The notes below the pieces were generated by a model that made no database searches, was not told where the DNA came from, and saw nothing but the letters and a program-made list of their open reading frames with translations. A program made the position numbers and the translations under genes. Positions 1 through 10,873 of a stretch of 64,000 nucleotides of DNA are shown in pieces. Position 1 is the stretch's first letter. Each line of letters starts with the position of its first letter. The DNA lies in contig OZ024754.1 in the NCBI GenBank assembly GCA_964016885.1, forward strand, positions 17,298,001 to 17,362,000. The letters are read 5' to 3'. Source of the stretch: Eledone cirrhosa (taxonomy: Eukaryota).

Positions 1-570
1 AATATTAAACTTAGCACTACTGGACATTGCTGAGTTTTTGAGTATCAGGTATTTGGAGGCCATGGGTTTAGCATAGTGTGAGTGGAGAATTTGGGCTCTC
101 TCGTCTATAGTGTTAATCCAGAGTTCTGTGTCTAATACAGGTAGTCTATTGTTAGGGTGTTTGGAAGGGAAGTCTATAGTTACAGTTATACTCTGGTGTA
201 TGGAATTAGCTATCTGCTGGATGCTTTCCATCGTGCTACGTTCTAAATCAAACTTGTTAGTGCTCTCTAGTGGGGGTGTTCTTATAACTATATTGATATC
301 GTCTACATAACGAGAGTACATGATGAGGTCTATGGAGCTTTCATTAAGGAGATCTTTAAGTCTCCTTTCCCACCATACCATGAAAAGGTTGGCAACATCG
401 CCAGCTATGCTGACGCCGATGGCTGCTCCCTCATTTTGGGTGTAGATTTTCTCATTGAACTTAAATATGTGGCCCTTTAGGGTAGTTTTGATACTAGCCC
501 CTATTGCATGTGCGACCATTTTTCTTACCTGATCAGTGTTTTGGGGGGTCCGTATAGCTTTGGTCCACCC
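1..570 (-). pseudogene. Penelope-like element reverse transcriptase fragment
   Basis: Minus-strand translation gives YTQNEGAAIGVSIAGDVANLF...MYSRYVDDINIV (RT motifs with YVDD, PLE-style); runs off the window start. Confidence 0.75.
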
Positions 571-673
571 AATAAACAAACAAGCAAATAAATAAATAAA
601 TATATAGACAGACTGAACAAAAAAAAAAATGGCGTAGACATACAACACAACAGGAGGAACAATGAATATAACA

Positions 674-713
674 CCACTGACGATGTTGCAGATGTGCAAC
701 GAAAGATTTATGT
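674..713 (+). ncRNA. Hammerhead-like motif (degenerate; related copy at 7771-7810 +)
   Basis: CTGACGA-T-GTTGCA-gatg-TGCAAC-GAAA; related copy CTGATGA-T-GTTG..CAAC-GAAAGAAC; stem I weak. Confidence 0.55.
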
Positions 714-914
714 AAACTATATATATATGTGTTTGTCTATATTGTATCTGTATTATTTTTGACCGCCGGTCAGTCAATGGCAACATTGAGGACCGAGTAA
801 GTTAGATCGCAGATATATATATATAAAAGACAGCGAGAAGCGAAAACCAACCAAACAGTGAGTGTGTTCTGTTATTAATTCTGGCAATATTACGCAAATA
901 TGACCCTCCCCAAA

Positions 915-1206
915 TATAGATATATAGATATATATATATGTATAAATATATATGTATATATATATGTATAAATATATATGTATATATATATATATGTTTA
1001 TATATGTTTATATATATGTATATATGTATATATAAATATATATATGTTTATATATATGTATATATGTATATATATATATGTGTGTGTATGCACATATGTA
1101 TATATATATATGTATATATTTATATATATATGTATATATATATGTATATATATATATATGTATATGTATATATGTATATATATGTATATGTATATACGTA
1201 TATATG

Positions 1207-1237
<31 letters not shown>

Positions 1238-1683
1238 GTATATGTATATATGTATATATATATATGTGTATATATATATACGTATATATGTATATATATA
1301 GATATGTATATATGTATATATATGTATATGTATATATATATGTATATATTTATGTATATCTATATATGTATATATATATATATGTATATATATGTATATA
1401 TATGTATATATATATGTATATGTATATATGTATATGTACATATATATGTGTGTACATATATATATGTGTATATATATGTGTGTACATATATATATGTGTA
1501 TATATATGTATATATATATATATTTATAGGAATAACCAAATAGTGCTTAGAAATACATTGTTTTATTAGCTAACAGTGTTTCATCCATACAGGCAGGAAT
1601 CTTCAGAGCCTATAAACATGAGTATATCAGTAGTTGCATGCTCCATCGAGCTGCGTCATATATATGTATATATATATATATTA

Positions 1684-1779
<96 letters not shown>

Positions 1780-1823
1780 GTATATATATATAAATATATA
1801 TATATGTGTGTGTATATATATAA

Positions 1824-1857
<34 letters not shown>

Positions 1858-1860
1858 GTG

Positions 1861-1907
<47 letters not shown>

Positions 1908-1970
1908 GTGTATATATATATGTATATATATATATGTATATATATATATATGTATATATATGTAAATATA

Positions 1971-2050
<80 letters not shown>

Positions 2051-2063
2051 TATATGTATATAT
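915..2063. repeat. (TA)n / (TATG)n / (TG)n microsatellite; representative of dozens of such tracts across the window
   Basis: Direct dinucleotide repeats; similar tracts e.g. 15650-16550, 17077-17457, 19480-20138, 27810-28328, 33268-33750, 50926-51362, 53769-54080. Confidence 0.98.
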
Positions 2064-2335
2064 ATCATCATCATCATCATCATAAACACAGTACTTCCGC
2101 ATTTCCCTGCTTGCAAGGGTTGTACGGGTCCTATTCAGCACAGCATCTCTCCACTTGTCACGGTCTTTCGTCATCTCCTCGGCGAGTTTCAGCGATCTGA
2201 GGTCTGCTCTCACCACCTGCGCCCATTTATTTCGTGGTCTACCTCTACTGCATCTTCCTTCTACTGGGATTTCCTGGCACTTCTTTACCCAGCGGTCCGC
2301 AGTGGGACATTCCATTTCTGCAGGCCTTTGCTCCC
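2064..2335 (-). mobile_element. 5'-truncated RTE-group LINE 3' end with (GAT)n tail
   Basis: Encodes [31 protein letters not shown]...; same family as 41100-41352; (ATC)n at 2064-2083. Confidence 0.85.
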
Positions 2336-2337
2336 GA

Positions 2338-2880
2338 TAATTTTGACCACCTAATCTTGTATTCTTGGTTTGTATCCTTAAGCTGCCAGATTTTATTCGC
2401 CAGCGTTGTTGTGTTCCCAAGTCTACGGTTCTTCATAGAATGTCTGTGAACATACCATCTTTTTTTTAATTCCCCAGCCGTAAAACCTATATAGTGCCAT
2501 GCTAAGTTGACCGAATTTATAGTACACATGTACACTATATTTGATTCCAGGCATCTATTTTGTAGTGGGCACTTATCCGGTAAGTGTCAGTTACATTCGG
2601 ACGCCTTCCTGTGTGTAGGTTCTCCGTTGCATTTTGTATGTTGTTATGTATGGATTGAGATTTAGGTTTGTTGATGTTTTGTTTTGATGCGTTCTGACGT
2701 GTGTCTAGTTGTGATGTTGTTATGTGTTTGTGTTTTGTATTTGGTGTTATGGTGTATGTTTGTAGGTTATTTTCATTAGAGATTCTTCTATAGTTAATTT
2801 TATGTATGTGTGATTCTATGTTGACTGCAGTAGAGTAAGATAGTTTGATAGTTTTTCCGTTAAAGATTTTATGATATTTG
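2338..2880 (-). pseudogene. PLE linker/GIY-YIG fragment (same type as 35347-37562)
   Basis: KYHKIFNGKTIKLSYST and YIGFTAGELKKRWYVHRHS...[11 protein letters not shown]. Confidence 0.8.
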
Positions 2881-2881
2881 T

Positions 2882-2995
2882 CAGTTATTCCGATGATTTG
2901 ATTAGGCATACACTGTATTTAAGGTTGCGGGACACAGCTTCTAGTGATTAGCAAACTTTAGATATCCTCATCAATGAAACAAATTGTTAATACTG
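2882..2995 (+). ncRNA. Hammerhead motif with long stem II (related copy 3653-3760 -)
   Basis: CAGTTATT-CCGATGA-TTTGAT...ATCAAT-GAAA-CAAATTG-TT-AATACTG; the minus-strand copy has intact CTGATGA and palindromic ACAATTGT. Confidence 0.6.
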
Positions 2996-3045
2996 TAAAT
3001 AAAACCTTTTTGTACTGTTCACCATGTTATTCTTCACTCTTTCAC

Positions 3046-3149
<104 letters not shown>

Positions 3150-3351
3150 CTTGCCTGACGGTTTGAACTTTATAAAACCACCTGCCTCTTTGAGGTCAAA
3201 TACCAACCCTACTACCATCTACAAACTGACCAATGAGAATTATGTCTATTCCTGCTGACAACATTAATTTATTTCTAACAAGCTCATATGTCCCAAAGCT
3301 CTGATACCATCAACACTATAAACACAGAGCTGGCATATCTAAGAACTGACT

Positions 3352-3408
3352 AACCGCCTGATGGGGTCATAGCCATTCAATGGCTATCATCGAAATATAT
3401 ATACCAGT
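3352..3408 (+). ncRNA. Degenerate hammerhead motif
   Basis: CTGATGG-GGTC-ATAGCCAT-tca-ATGGCTAT-CATC-GAAA-TATATATA; A9 altered and stem I poor. Confidence 0.45.
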
Positions 3409-3449
3409 AAATAAAGGATTATGAGTTCATGCAATTGACTTATGTTTCG

Positions 3450-3601
<152 letters not shown>

Positions 3602-4107
3602 GTGAAAGAGTGAAGAATCACGTGGTCAACAGTACAAAAAGGGTTTTATTTACAGTATTAACAATTGTTTCATTGATTAAGTTGTCTAAAAATTGCTAAT
3701 CAATTGAAGTTGTGTCACCTAATTTTAAATACAATGTATGCTTAATCAAATCATCAGAGAATAAAACCCTTTTTTGTACTGTTGACCATGTTATTCTTCA
3801 CTCTTTCACTGTTATTACTCCAAGATTAACCTGCATAGGAATTCCGGAGAACTTACAAACTAGCTACCTAAGAAAACCTCTTGTTGAGTCAAACAACGCC
3901 CTACGCTAAAATTATCCACAATACGGAATATTTACAACTTCTAACTCGATTACCTATAACGGTAATTTGTTATCCCATATATATATATATATATATATAT
4001 GTATTAGAAATTAGAAAATATGAGCTTTCACCGTATTTTAGACTAAAGAAATTTATAGCCTGATAGTGGGGTTTATAACCCTCGAAGAAATGGAAAAAGA
4101 TGAGTGT

Positions 4108-4178
4108 TGCCGTACATGGGAGTCGAACCCACATCTTTGGTTATCCAGACCACTGTGCTACCATTACACCAATACACA
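4108..4178 (-). other. tRNA-derived sequence inside a fold-back repeat module (4003-4450)
   Basis: Reverse complement TGGTGTAATGGTAGCAC...TGGT-CTGGATA-ACCA...GTGGGTTCGACTCCCAT has A/B boxes, anticodon-like and T arms; acceptor stem imperfect. Confidence 0.6.
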
Positions 4179-4640
4179 TCCCATCTCCTTCTATTTGAAT
4201 TAGAAACTATGAACTTAGCAAATGAATGATAAACAAGCAAATTATAAACGTAAACATGTAAGTATGTTTTTGAAGCGCTGCGCGAGTTTAGCACAGTGGT
4301 CTGGATAACAAAAGATGTGGGTTCGACTCCCATGTACGGCAACACTGATCTTTTTCCATTTCTTCGAGGGTTATAAACCCCACTATCAGGCTAGAAATTT
4401 CTTTATTCTAAAATACGGTGAAAGCTTATAATTTCGAATTTTTAATTTCAAACTCGCGCACCGTTTCAAAAACATACTTACATGTTTACGTTTATAATTT
4501 GCTTGTACACACATATATATATATATATATATTATATATATTATATATATATATATATATTATATATATATATTATATATATATTATATATATTATATAT
4601 ATATATATATTATATATATATTATATATATATATTATATA

Positions 4641-5070
4641 TGATATTAAATAAATGGAAACTATATTTATAAAACCATATTTATTTCGTTATATATATTT
4701 CAGGGGTATCATATTAACAATATGTTATGCCATCTTCAGACAAAATACAATATAAACAGTCTTATAAATAAATAGATACGACATACCTTTCAATCACCTT
4801 GCATTTGTGAGGTTGATTTGGCAGGTGATTGAAAGGTATGTCGTATCTATTTATTTATAAGACTGTTTATATTGTATTTTGTCTGAAGATGGCATAACAT
4901 ATTGTTAATATGATATCCCTGAAATATATATAACGAAATAAATATGGTTTTATAAATATAGTTTCCATTTATTTAATATCATAAATATACTCCAAATACT
5001 TGTTGAGTGCTTTTATATCAGTTATAAATATTTACTCGTTGTTAACCCAACAATTTAAATATAACTTTCC
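4641..5070. mobile_element. Fold-back pLTR fragment of the PLE at 33750-38511, with HHR at 4875-4940 (+) and 4683-4748 (-)
   Basis: 4641-4797 is the reverse complement of 4823-4982; highly similar to 33790-34030; TATTTTGT-CTGAAGA-stem II-GAAA-TATATATA-ACGAAATA. Confidence 0.85.
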
Positions 5071-5306
5071 ATATATATTATATATATATTATATATATAT
5101 ATTATATATATATTATATATGTATATATTATATATATATATTATATATATTATATATATATATTATATATATATTATATATGTATATATTATATATATAT
5201 ATTTTAAGGAACGATCGACTTTCGTCAAATCGGACCGAGGGAACAATGTTTCCGTTGGTCTTTCCAATTCCTAATACTATCTATCGGTCGCAACTCCAGG
5301 TAGAAG

Positions 5307-5422
5307 GAGCAACGTGAAATAAAGTGTCTTGCTCAAGGACATAACGCATCGCCTGGTCCAGGAATCGAACTCACAACCTTACGATGGCGAATCCAATTCT
5401 CTAACCACTCAGCCACACGCCG
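5307..5422 (-). mobile_element. tRNA-derived SINE 5' part
   Basis: GTGGCTGAGTGG (A box), GTTCGATTCC (B box), then CCTTGAGCAAGACACTTT. Confidence 0.75.
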
Positions 5423-5450
5423 TCACTATATATATATAATATATTATATA

Positions 5451-5790
5451 TTGTTAAAGTTCTTTCGTCACACATTCTGTGACCTCTTCAGTGACTGGGG
5501 ATTCATTTCTTTGTTTTTATGCTTCTCCTTTGTTCTGTCCTACGCCATCTTGTTTCAGAAACAAGATGGCGTAGGACAGAACAAAGGAGAGGCACAAAAA
5601 CAAAAAAAAGAATCCCCAGTCACTGAAGAGGTCACAGAATGTGTGACAAAAGAACTTTGACAATATATAAACAACCATCTGGTTGTGGAACCAACCAACC
5701 AACCGGAAATTTATAAATTTATTATAATAAATTGAAGTGAAACAACTGGTGCGTGTGTTTCTTATTGGCAACATGACCCTCCCAAAGTAT
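5451..5790. mobile_element. Fold-back non-coding HHR module (family also at 47455-47690 and 48366-48700)
   Basis: Palindrome centred near 5556; AGTCA-CTGAAGA-G-GTCACA..TGTGAC-GAAA-GAAC. Confidence 0.75.
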
Positions 5791-5875
<85 letters not shown>

Positions 5876-6140
5876 TTATATATATATATATTATAAATAT
5901 ATATATTATATATATATATATATATATTTTCGTTCATTGCTACGACCTCTTTTATACCATAAACGTGGTTCTGTCTTTGCGCGTAATTGTTTTTCACCGC
6001 TCCTATTAATGACGTATTATTCGTTTTTCCCGTTCTTTGTCAGCGAACGTTTCCACGAACCAAAGTATCGTCTTCCTGTCTTCCTCCGGTTGCAACGTTT
6101 TTTGAAATATCCAGTTCTGCGTTTACAGATTGACTTTGTT

Positions 6141-6191
6141 AGTTTCAGAAGATCCTGTTAAGGGTGAAAGCAGCGATTCTTTGCTTATACT
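6141..6191 (+). ncRNA. Hammerhead-like motif with CAGAAGA core (copies 27332-27382 -, 28396-28446 -, 41936-41986 -)
   Basis: Family consensus AGTTT-CAGAAGA-TCCC-gttaa-GGGT-GAAA-GCA..TGC-TT-AAACT. Confidence 0.6.
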
Positions 6192-6879
6192 TTAATCTGT
6201 TATTTTAATAAATATATATATTATATATATATATATTATAAATGAAAGTATAGAAATTATTGTGAGCGTGAAGCCAACAGTATTTCATAATATATAAGTG
6301 ACTATAACGTCAAAATGGAAAAAATAGTTAACGTAGGATGTGGGAAAATAATTCAAAATATTATATATATATTATATATAAGTATGTACACGTACATACA
6401 TATATGTATACAGACGTACAGTAGTATGTATATATATATACATACATGCACACATATATATATGCACGTATGGATTCACCGAACATTTATTATAATGCTC
6501 GGTGTTGAACAAACGAGCAACGGTGGTTGCTAGACACTACGGCTTAATACGGGATGTTTGTTTACAAACACACCGAGCATTATAATAAATATTCGGTGAA
6601 TCCATACGTACATATATATATGTGTGCATGTATGTATATATATATACATACTACTGTACATACTTATATTTAAGTAACAGCCGTACTAAGAGTGGGTAAT
6701 GAAATATCGTTTCATTTTTTCCGTATATATTATATATATATATTATATATTATATATATATTATATATATTATATATATATATATATTATATATATATAT
6801 TATATATATTATATATATATATTATATGTATATATATATATATATTATATATATATTATATATATATATATATTATTTA

Positions 6880-6960
<81 letters not shown>

Positions 6961-7084
6961 GGAGGTGAGTTTTATTGTAGTACAATAAAGCAATGCCGAT
7001 ATCGGATAAGTAGCACTCTACAGTTTGTAGGACTGGAGTATAAATAATATATAAGATCAACAGATGGTTAAAAGTGTTCCATGT

Positions 7085-7153
7085 ATTTTATTATGCGCAT
7101 TTCAAAAACAAATATCATCATGCGATGACATTTGCGTTTTTGTCAGGTAAAAT
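7085..7153 (-). ncRNA. Hammerhead motif (core CTGACAA; palindromic ATGCGCAT stem III)
   Basis: ATTTTAC-CTGACAA-long stem II-GAAA-TGCGCA-TA-ATAAAAT. Confidence 0.6.
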
Positions 7154-8344
7154 AAGGAGACATGATACGAAGGTTAAAACACACTTGTGAATAATGCAGT
7201 TTTAAATCAACATATGAAAAGTAGTTTTAGATTGATGTGTGATATTTGGAAAAAAATTGGGGGGGGGGGGAGATGAAAAGGAGGAGGAGATGAGAGTAAA
7301 AAGTGGAGGGGGCGGAGTATAATAAGGAAGGATGAGATAGGAGGAGAGATGGGTGATAGAGAGAGAGAGATAGCTTTTATAACTGAGAAAAATATATTGT
7401 TTTACATAGAGAGGTTAAAAAACCGTTGGAAGATAATATATAAATTAAAAGAATTTGAAAATTAACGAAGAGAAACATTTTAGAATAATGTTAAATTAAG
7501 GTTTGTATAATGTTAAATTAAGGTTTGTATATTTACATTCTTATTTTATATATCTCTATTTTTCACTCTTTATCTTTATATTTCTCTCCCTAAATTTATT
7601 TCATCTCTGTCATTTTATTTTATCATATAATATAACTTAAAACTAATTAATTAATTTATTTATTAAAATAACCTATACACACATAAATATATTTAACATT
7701 ATCATATTGTATATCTACGCCATTTTTTCGTGGCGTAGATATACTTTACAACAGGAGGAACATAATAGTACCACTGATGATGTTGCAGATGTACAACGAA
7801 AGAACTTTGTTAGACTATATATATGTATATATATATGTATATATATATATATATATAAAGAAAAAGAGATGAAATCGAAAATGCAACTGGAGTCTTATTT
7901 TATTTAAAAATATATATATTTATTTGGTTCCTTTACCGGTTTCGCAGTTCTTCTGCTTTTCAAAAGGTGAGTTGAGATGGAGGGTCTGTGGTTTTTCTCA
8001 CATCTGGTTGGTCTCTGAATGTTACTTGTTTTATATGGAAAAAGTGGCTCGAAATACCAGGTTTTTCGAGAAGTAATTTGATTGGTTTGTCAATAATTAT
8101 AATAAATTTCGCGCCAGTTCGCGTTACAATAGTTCTTCAAATAAGAGGGGGCGGGGGGGGGGTGACGCAGGTTGTTTTTTCATATATGAGTGTTTGAATT
8201 TCTTTTTACTTGAAAAAAGGAGGCTCACGAAGGCTTTTTTTTGGTTGGTTATAAATGAAATTATGGCTGTCACGTGAACAAATTTTCATTAAATTTTTGT
8301 GCCCTTATTTGGAAATCCATTTAGACAATTTTTTGATAAGTGAA

Positions 8345-8989
8345 AGACGGAAACAGAAACAAATTCAAGGTACGTCCAATATTCTATCATATATCTCAAC
8401 ACACAACCCAAGAAATGCGGAAGCTTACAACACTATTCACAATAACATCCCACTACTAAAACAAAACCCAAGAATGAAAAAAGTCCTTGAAACACACAAA
8501 ATAATCAAAAGCAAAAGACAACCAAAATCACTGAAAACATTACTCACCAATGCCAAATTACCTACCACAAACCCACAACCAAGTATCAAAAAATGTGGTC
8601 GCTCTAATTGTGGAACCTGCACTCACCTCATTGAAGGCAACACGTATACATTTAAATCAGGACAAAATTTTACTGTAAAAAATCACTTCACCTGCTCATC
8701 AAAAAATCTAATTTATGCCATTAAATGTAAAGGATGCAATGAAGATTATATAGGACAAACTAAACTCACACTCAGAAACAGAATGACAGTTCATCGCCAA
8801 CAATTACGAGATCCAACCACGAGACAGATACCACTAAGTGCATATCTAGACATTTGCGCAAGTAATAAGGCACCCAAATTCCAAGTCTTCCCATTTTACC
8901 TTTGCGCTAACAATACAACAGAACAAATGCGAATAAATAAGGAAAATATGTTTATTCAAAAATATAGACCAACATTAAATATGGTTTAA
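8345..8989 (+). CDS. PLE C-terminal zinc-finger linker + GIY-YIG endonuclease (5'-truncated ORF)
   Basis: KCGRSNCGTC...NLIYAIKCKGCNEDYIGQTKLTLRNRMTVHR...E..FIQKYRPTLN. Confidence 0.85.
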   Translation, partial: RRKQKQIQGTSNILSYISTHNPRNAEAYNTIHNNIPLLKQNPRMKKVLETHKIIKSKRQPKSLKTLLTNAKLPTTNPQPSIKKCGRSNCGTCTHLIEGNTYTFKSGQNFTVKNHFTCSSKNLIYAIKCKGCNEDYIGQTKLTLRNRMTVHRQQLRDPTTRQIPLSAYLDICASNKAPKFQVFPFYLCANNTTEQMRINKENMFIQKYRPTLNMV

Positions 8990-9994
8990 TATACATTATG
9001 TCAACACCATAATATGACATACACACACACACATAACACCTTCTACTTTAGAAAATAAAAACCCGAACTAAATAAACCTTAACATACGTTTGCACTGACA
9101 ATACAACAGCAAACACGAATAAGTAAGGAAAATATGTTCATTCAAAAATATTCCTACTAAAGGAATCACTTTCCTACACACACACATACACACACACACA
9201 CACACACAATATATATATATATATATATATTCTCTTCATCTTAACATGCTAACCATACTCCCACACACATAACACCCATACACACACATAACAACCCCCA
9301 CACCCACAACTCCCTCCCCATTTCTACTAATAGAACCACTTTCCTACACACATATATATACACACACACAAAATATATATTCTCTCCATCTTAACATACT
9401 CGCACACACACACATAACACCCATATACACACACACACAACTCCCTCCCCCATTTCTACTAATAGAATCATCTTCCAATACACACATACACACACACACA
9501 CACACACATACACACACACAAGCACACAAATAAACATACATATCTTCACTTCAATAGAAAATCTGAACTCTGACACCCCAGCGAACTAACCATATTCACT
9601 GAACCAGAACAATTCTCCCAATCCCATTTCTCTTGACCACTATCTTTCCATTGTCATAACATTCGCTATAAAGACTACAGAATAGTTTTTCAAATAAGGG
9701 CACAAAAATGTAATGAAAACTTGTTCACGTGACAGCCAAATTTCATTTATAACCAATCAAATCACGTTTATTAAAAAAAAGCCTTCGTGAGCCACCCTTT
9801 TTTTAAAGTAAAGAAATTCAAACACACACACACACGCACACACACGCACACAAGCACACAAATAAACACACATATCTTTACTTTCTTTATTCAATAGAAA
9901 ATCTGAATTCTGACACCCCAGCGAACTAACCATATTCACTGAACCAGAACAATTCTCCCATCCCTTTCTCTTGACCATTATCTTTCACTTATCA

Positions 9995-10135
9995 ATAGTT
10001 ACGTCCCTTTACGATCTGAGTTCAAATCCCGCCGAGGTTGACTTTGCCTTTCATCCTTATGGGGTCGATAAAATAAAGTACCAGTAATGCACTGGGTAAT
10101 TGCTGGCCTTGTGCCTAAAGTAGAAACAATTATCT
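9995..10135 (+). mobile_element. tRNA-derived SINE family (other copies ~14680-14780 -, 26720-26860, 27160-27270, 28960-29053 -, 30020-30180, 59520-59660, 60087-60270 -)
   Basis: Recurrent GTTCAAATCCCGCCGAGGTTAACTTTGCCTTTCATCC..GGGGTCGATAAAATAAAGTACCAGT; A box visible in the 60087-60270 copy. Confidence 0.85.
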
Positions 10136-10517
10136 TTCACTTATCAAAAAATTGTCTAAATGGATTTCCAAATAAGGGCACAAAAATTTAATGAAAATTT
10201 GTTCACGTGACAGCCATAATTTCATTTATAACCAACCAAAAAAAGCCTTCGTGAGCCTCCTTTTTTCAAGTAAAAAGAAATTCAAACACTCATATATGAA
10301 AAAACAACCTGCGTCAACCCCCCCCCCCCCCCCCCCCCTCTTATTTGAAGAACTATTGTAACGCGAACTGGCGCGAAATTTATTATAATTATTGACAAAC
10401 CAATCAAATTACTTCTCGAAAAACCTGGCATTTCGAGCCACTTTTTCCATATAAAACAAGTAACATTCAGAGACCAACCAGATGTGAGAAAAACCACAGA
10501 CCCTCCATCTCAACTCA

Positions 10518-10555
10518 CCTTTTGAAAAGCAGAAGAACTGCGAAACCGGTAAAGG
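10518..10555 (+). ncRNA. Minimal type-I hammerhead with U3-A8 core (copies 7930-7967 -, 45976-46012 +)
   Basis: CCTT-TTGAAAA-GCAG-aagaa-CTGC-GAAA-CCGG-TA-AAGG. Confidence 0.8.
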
Positions 10556-10684
10556 AACCAAATAAATATATATTTTTAAATAAAATAAGACTCCAGTTGC
10601 ATTTTCGATTTCATCTCTTTTTCATTATACTTTCACTCGTGTAGGACACCTCGGTTATTTTTCATTTTGTAAAAAAAACCTCAC

Positions 10685-10742
<58 letters not shown>

Positions 10743-10797
10743 TTATATATATATATATATACTTATATATATATGTATATGTATATATGTATGTATA

Positions 10798-10844
<47 letters not shown>

Positions 10845-10873
10845 GTATGTATATATATATATATGTGTGTGTG

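Larger units (their letters stand above)
7864..10690 (+). mobile_element. 5'-truncated PLE with inverted 5' pLTR (7864-8345) and 3' pLTR (10135-10690)
   Basis: 7864-8345 is the reverse complement of ~10135-10622; internal GIY-YIG ORF; solo pLTR at ~45714-46150. Confidence 0.85.

Noticed and set aside
4108-4178. Functional tRNA gene
   Set aside because: Acceptor stem poorly paired and the sequence is embedded in a repeated module
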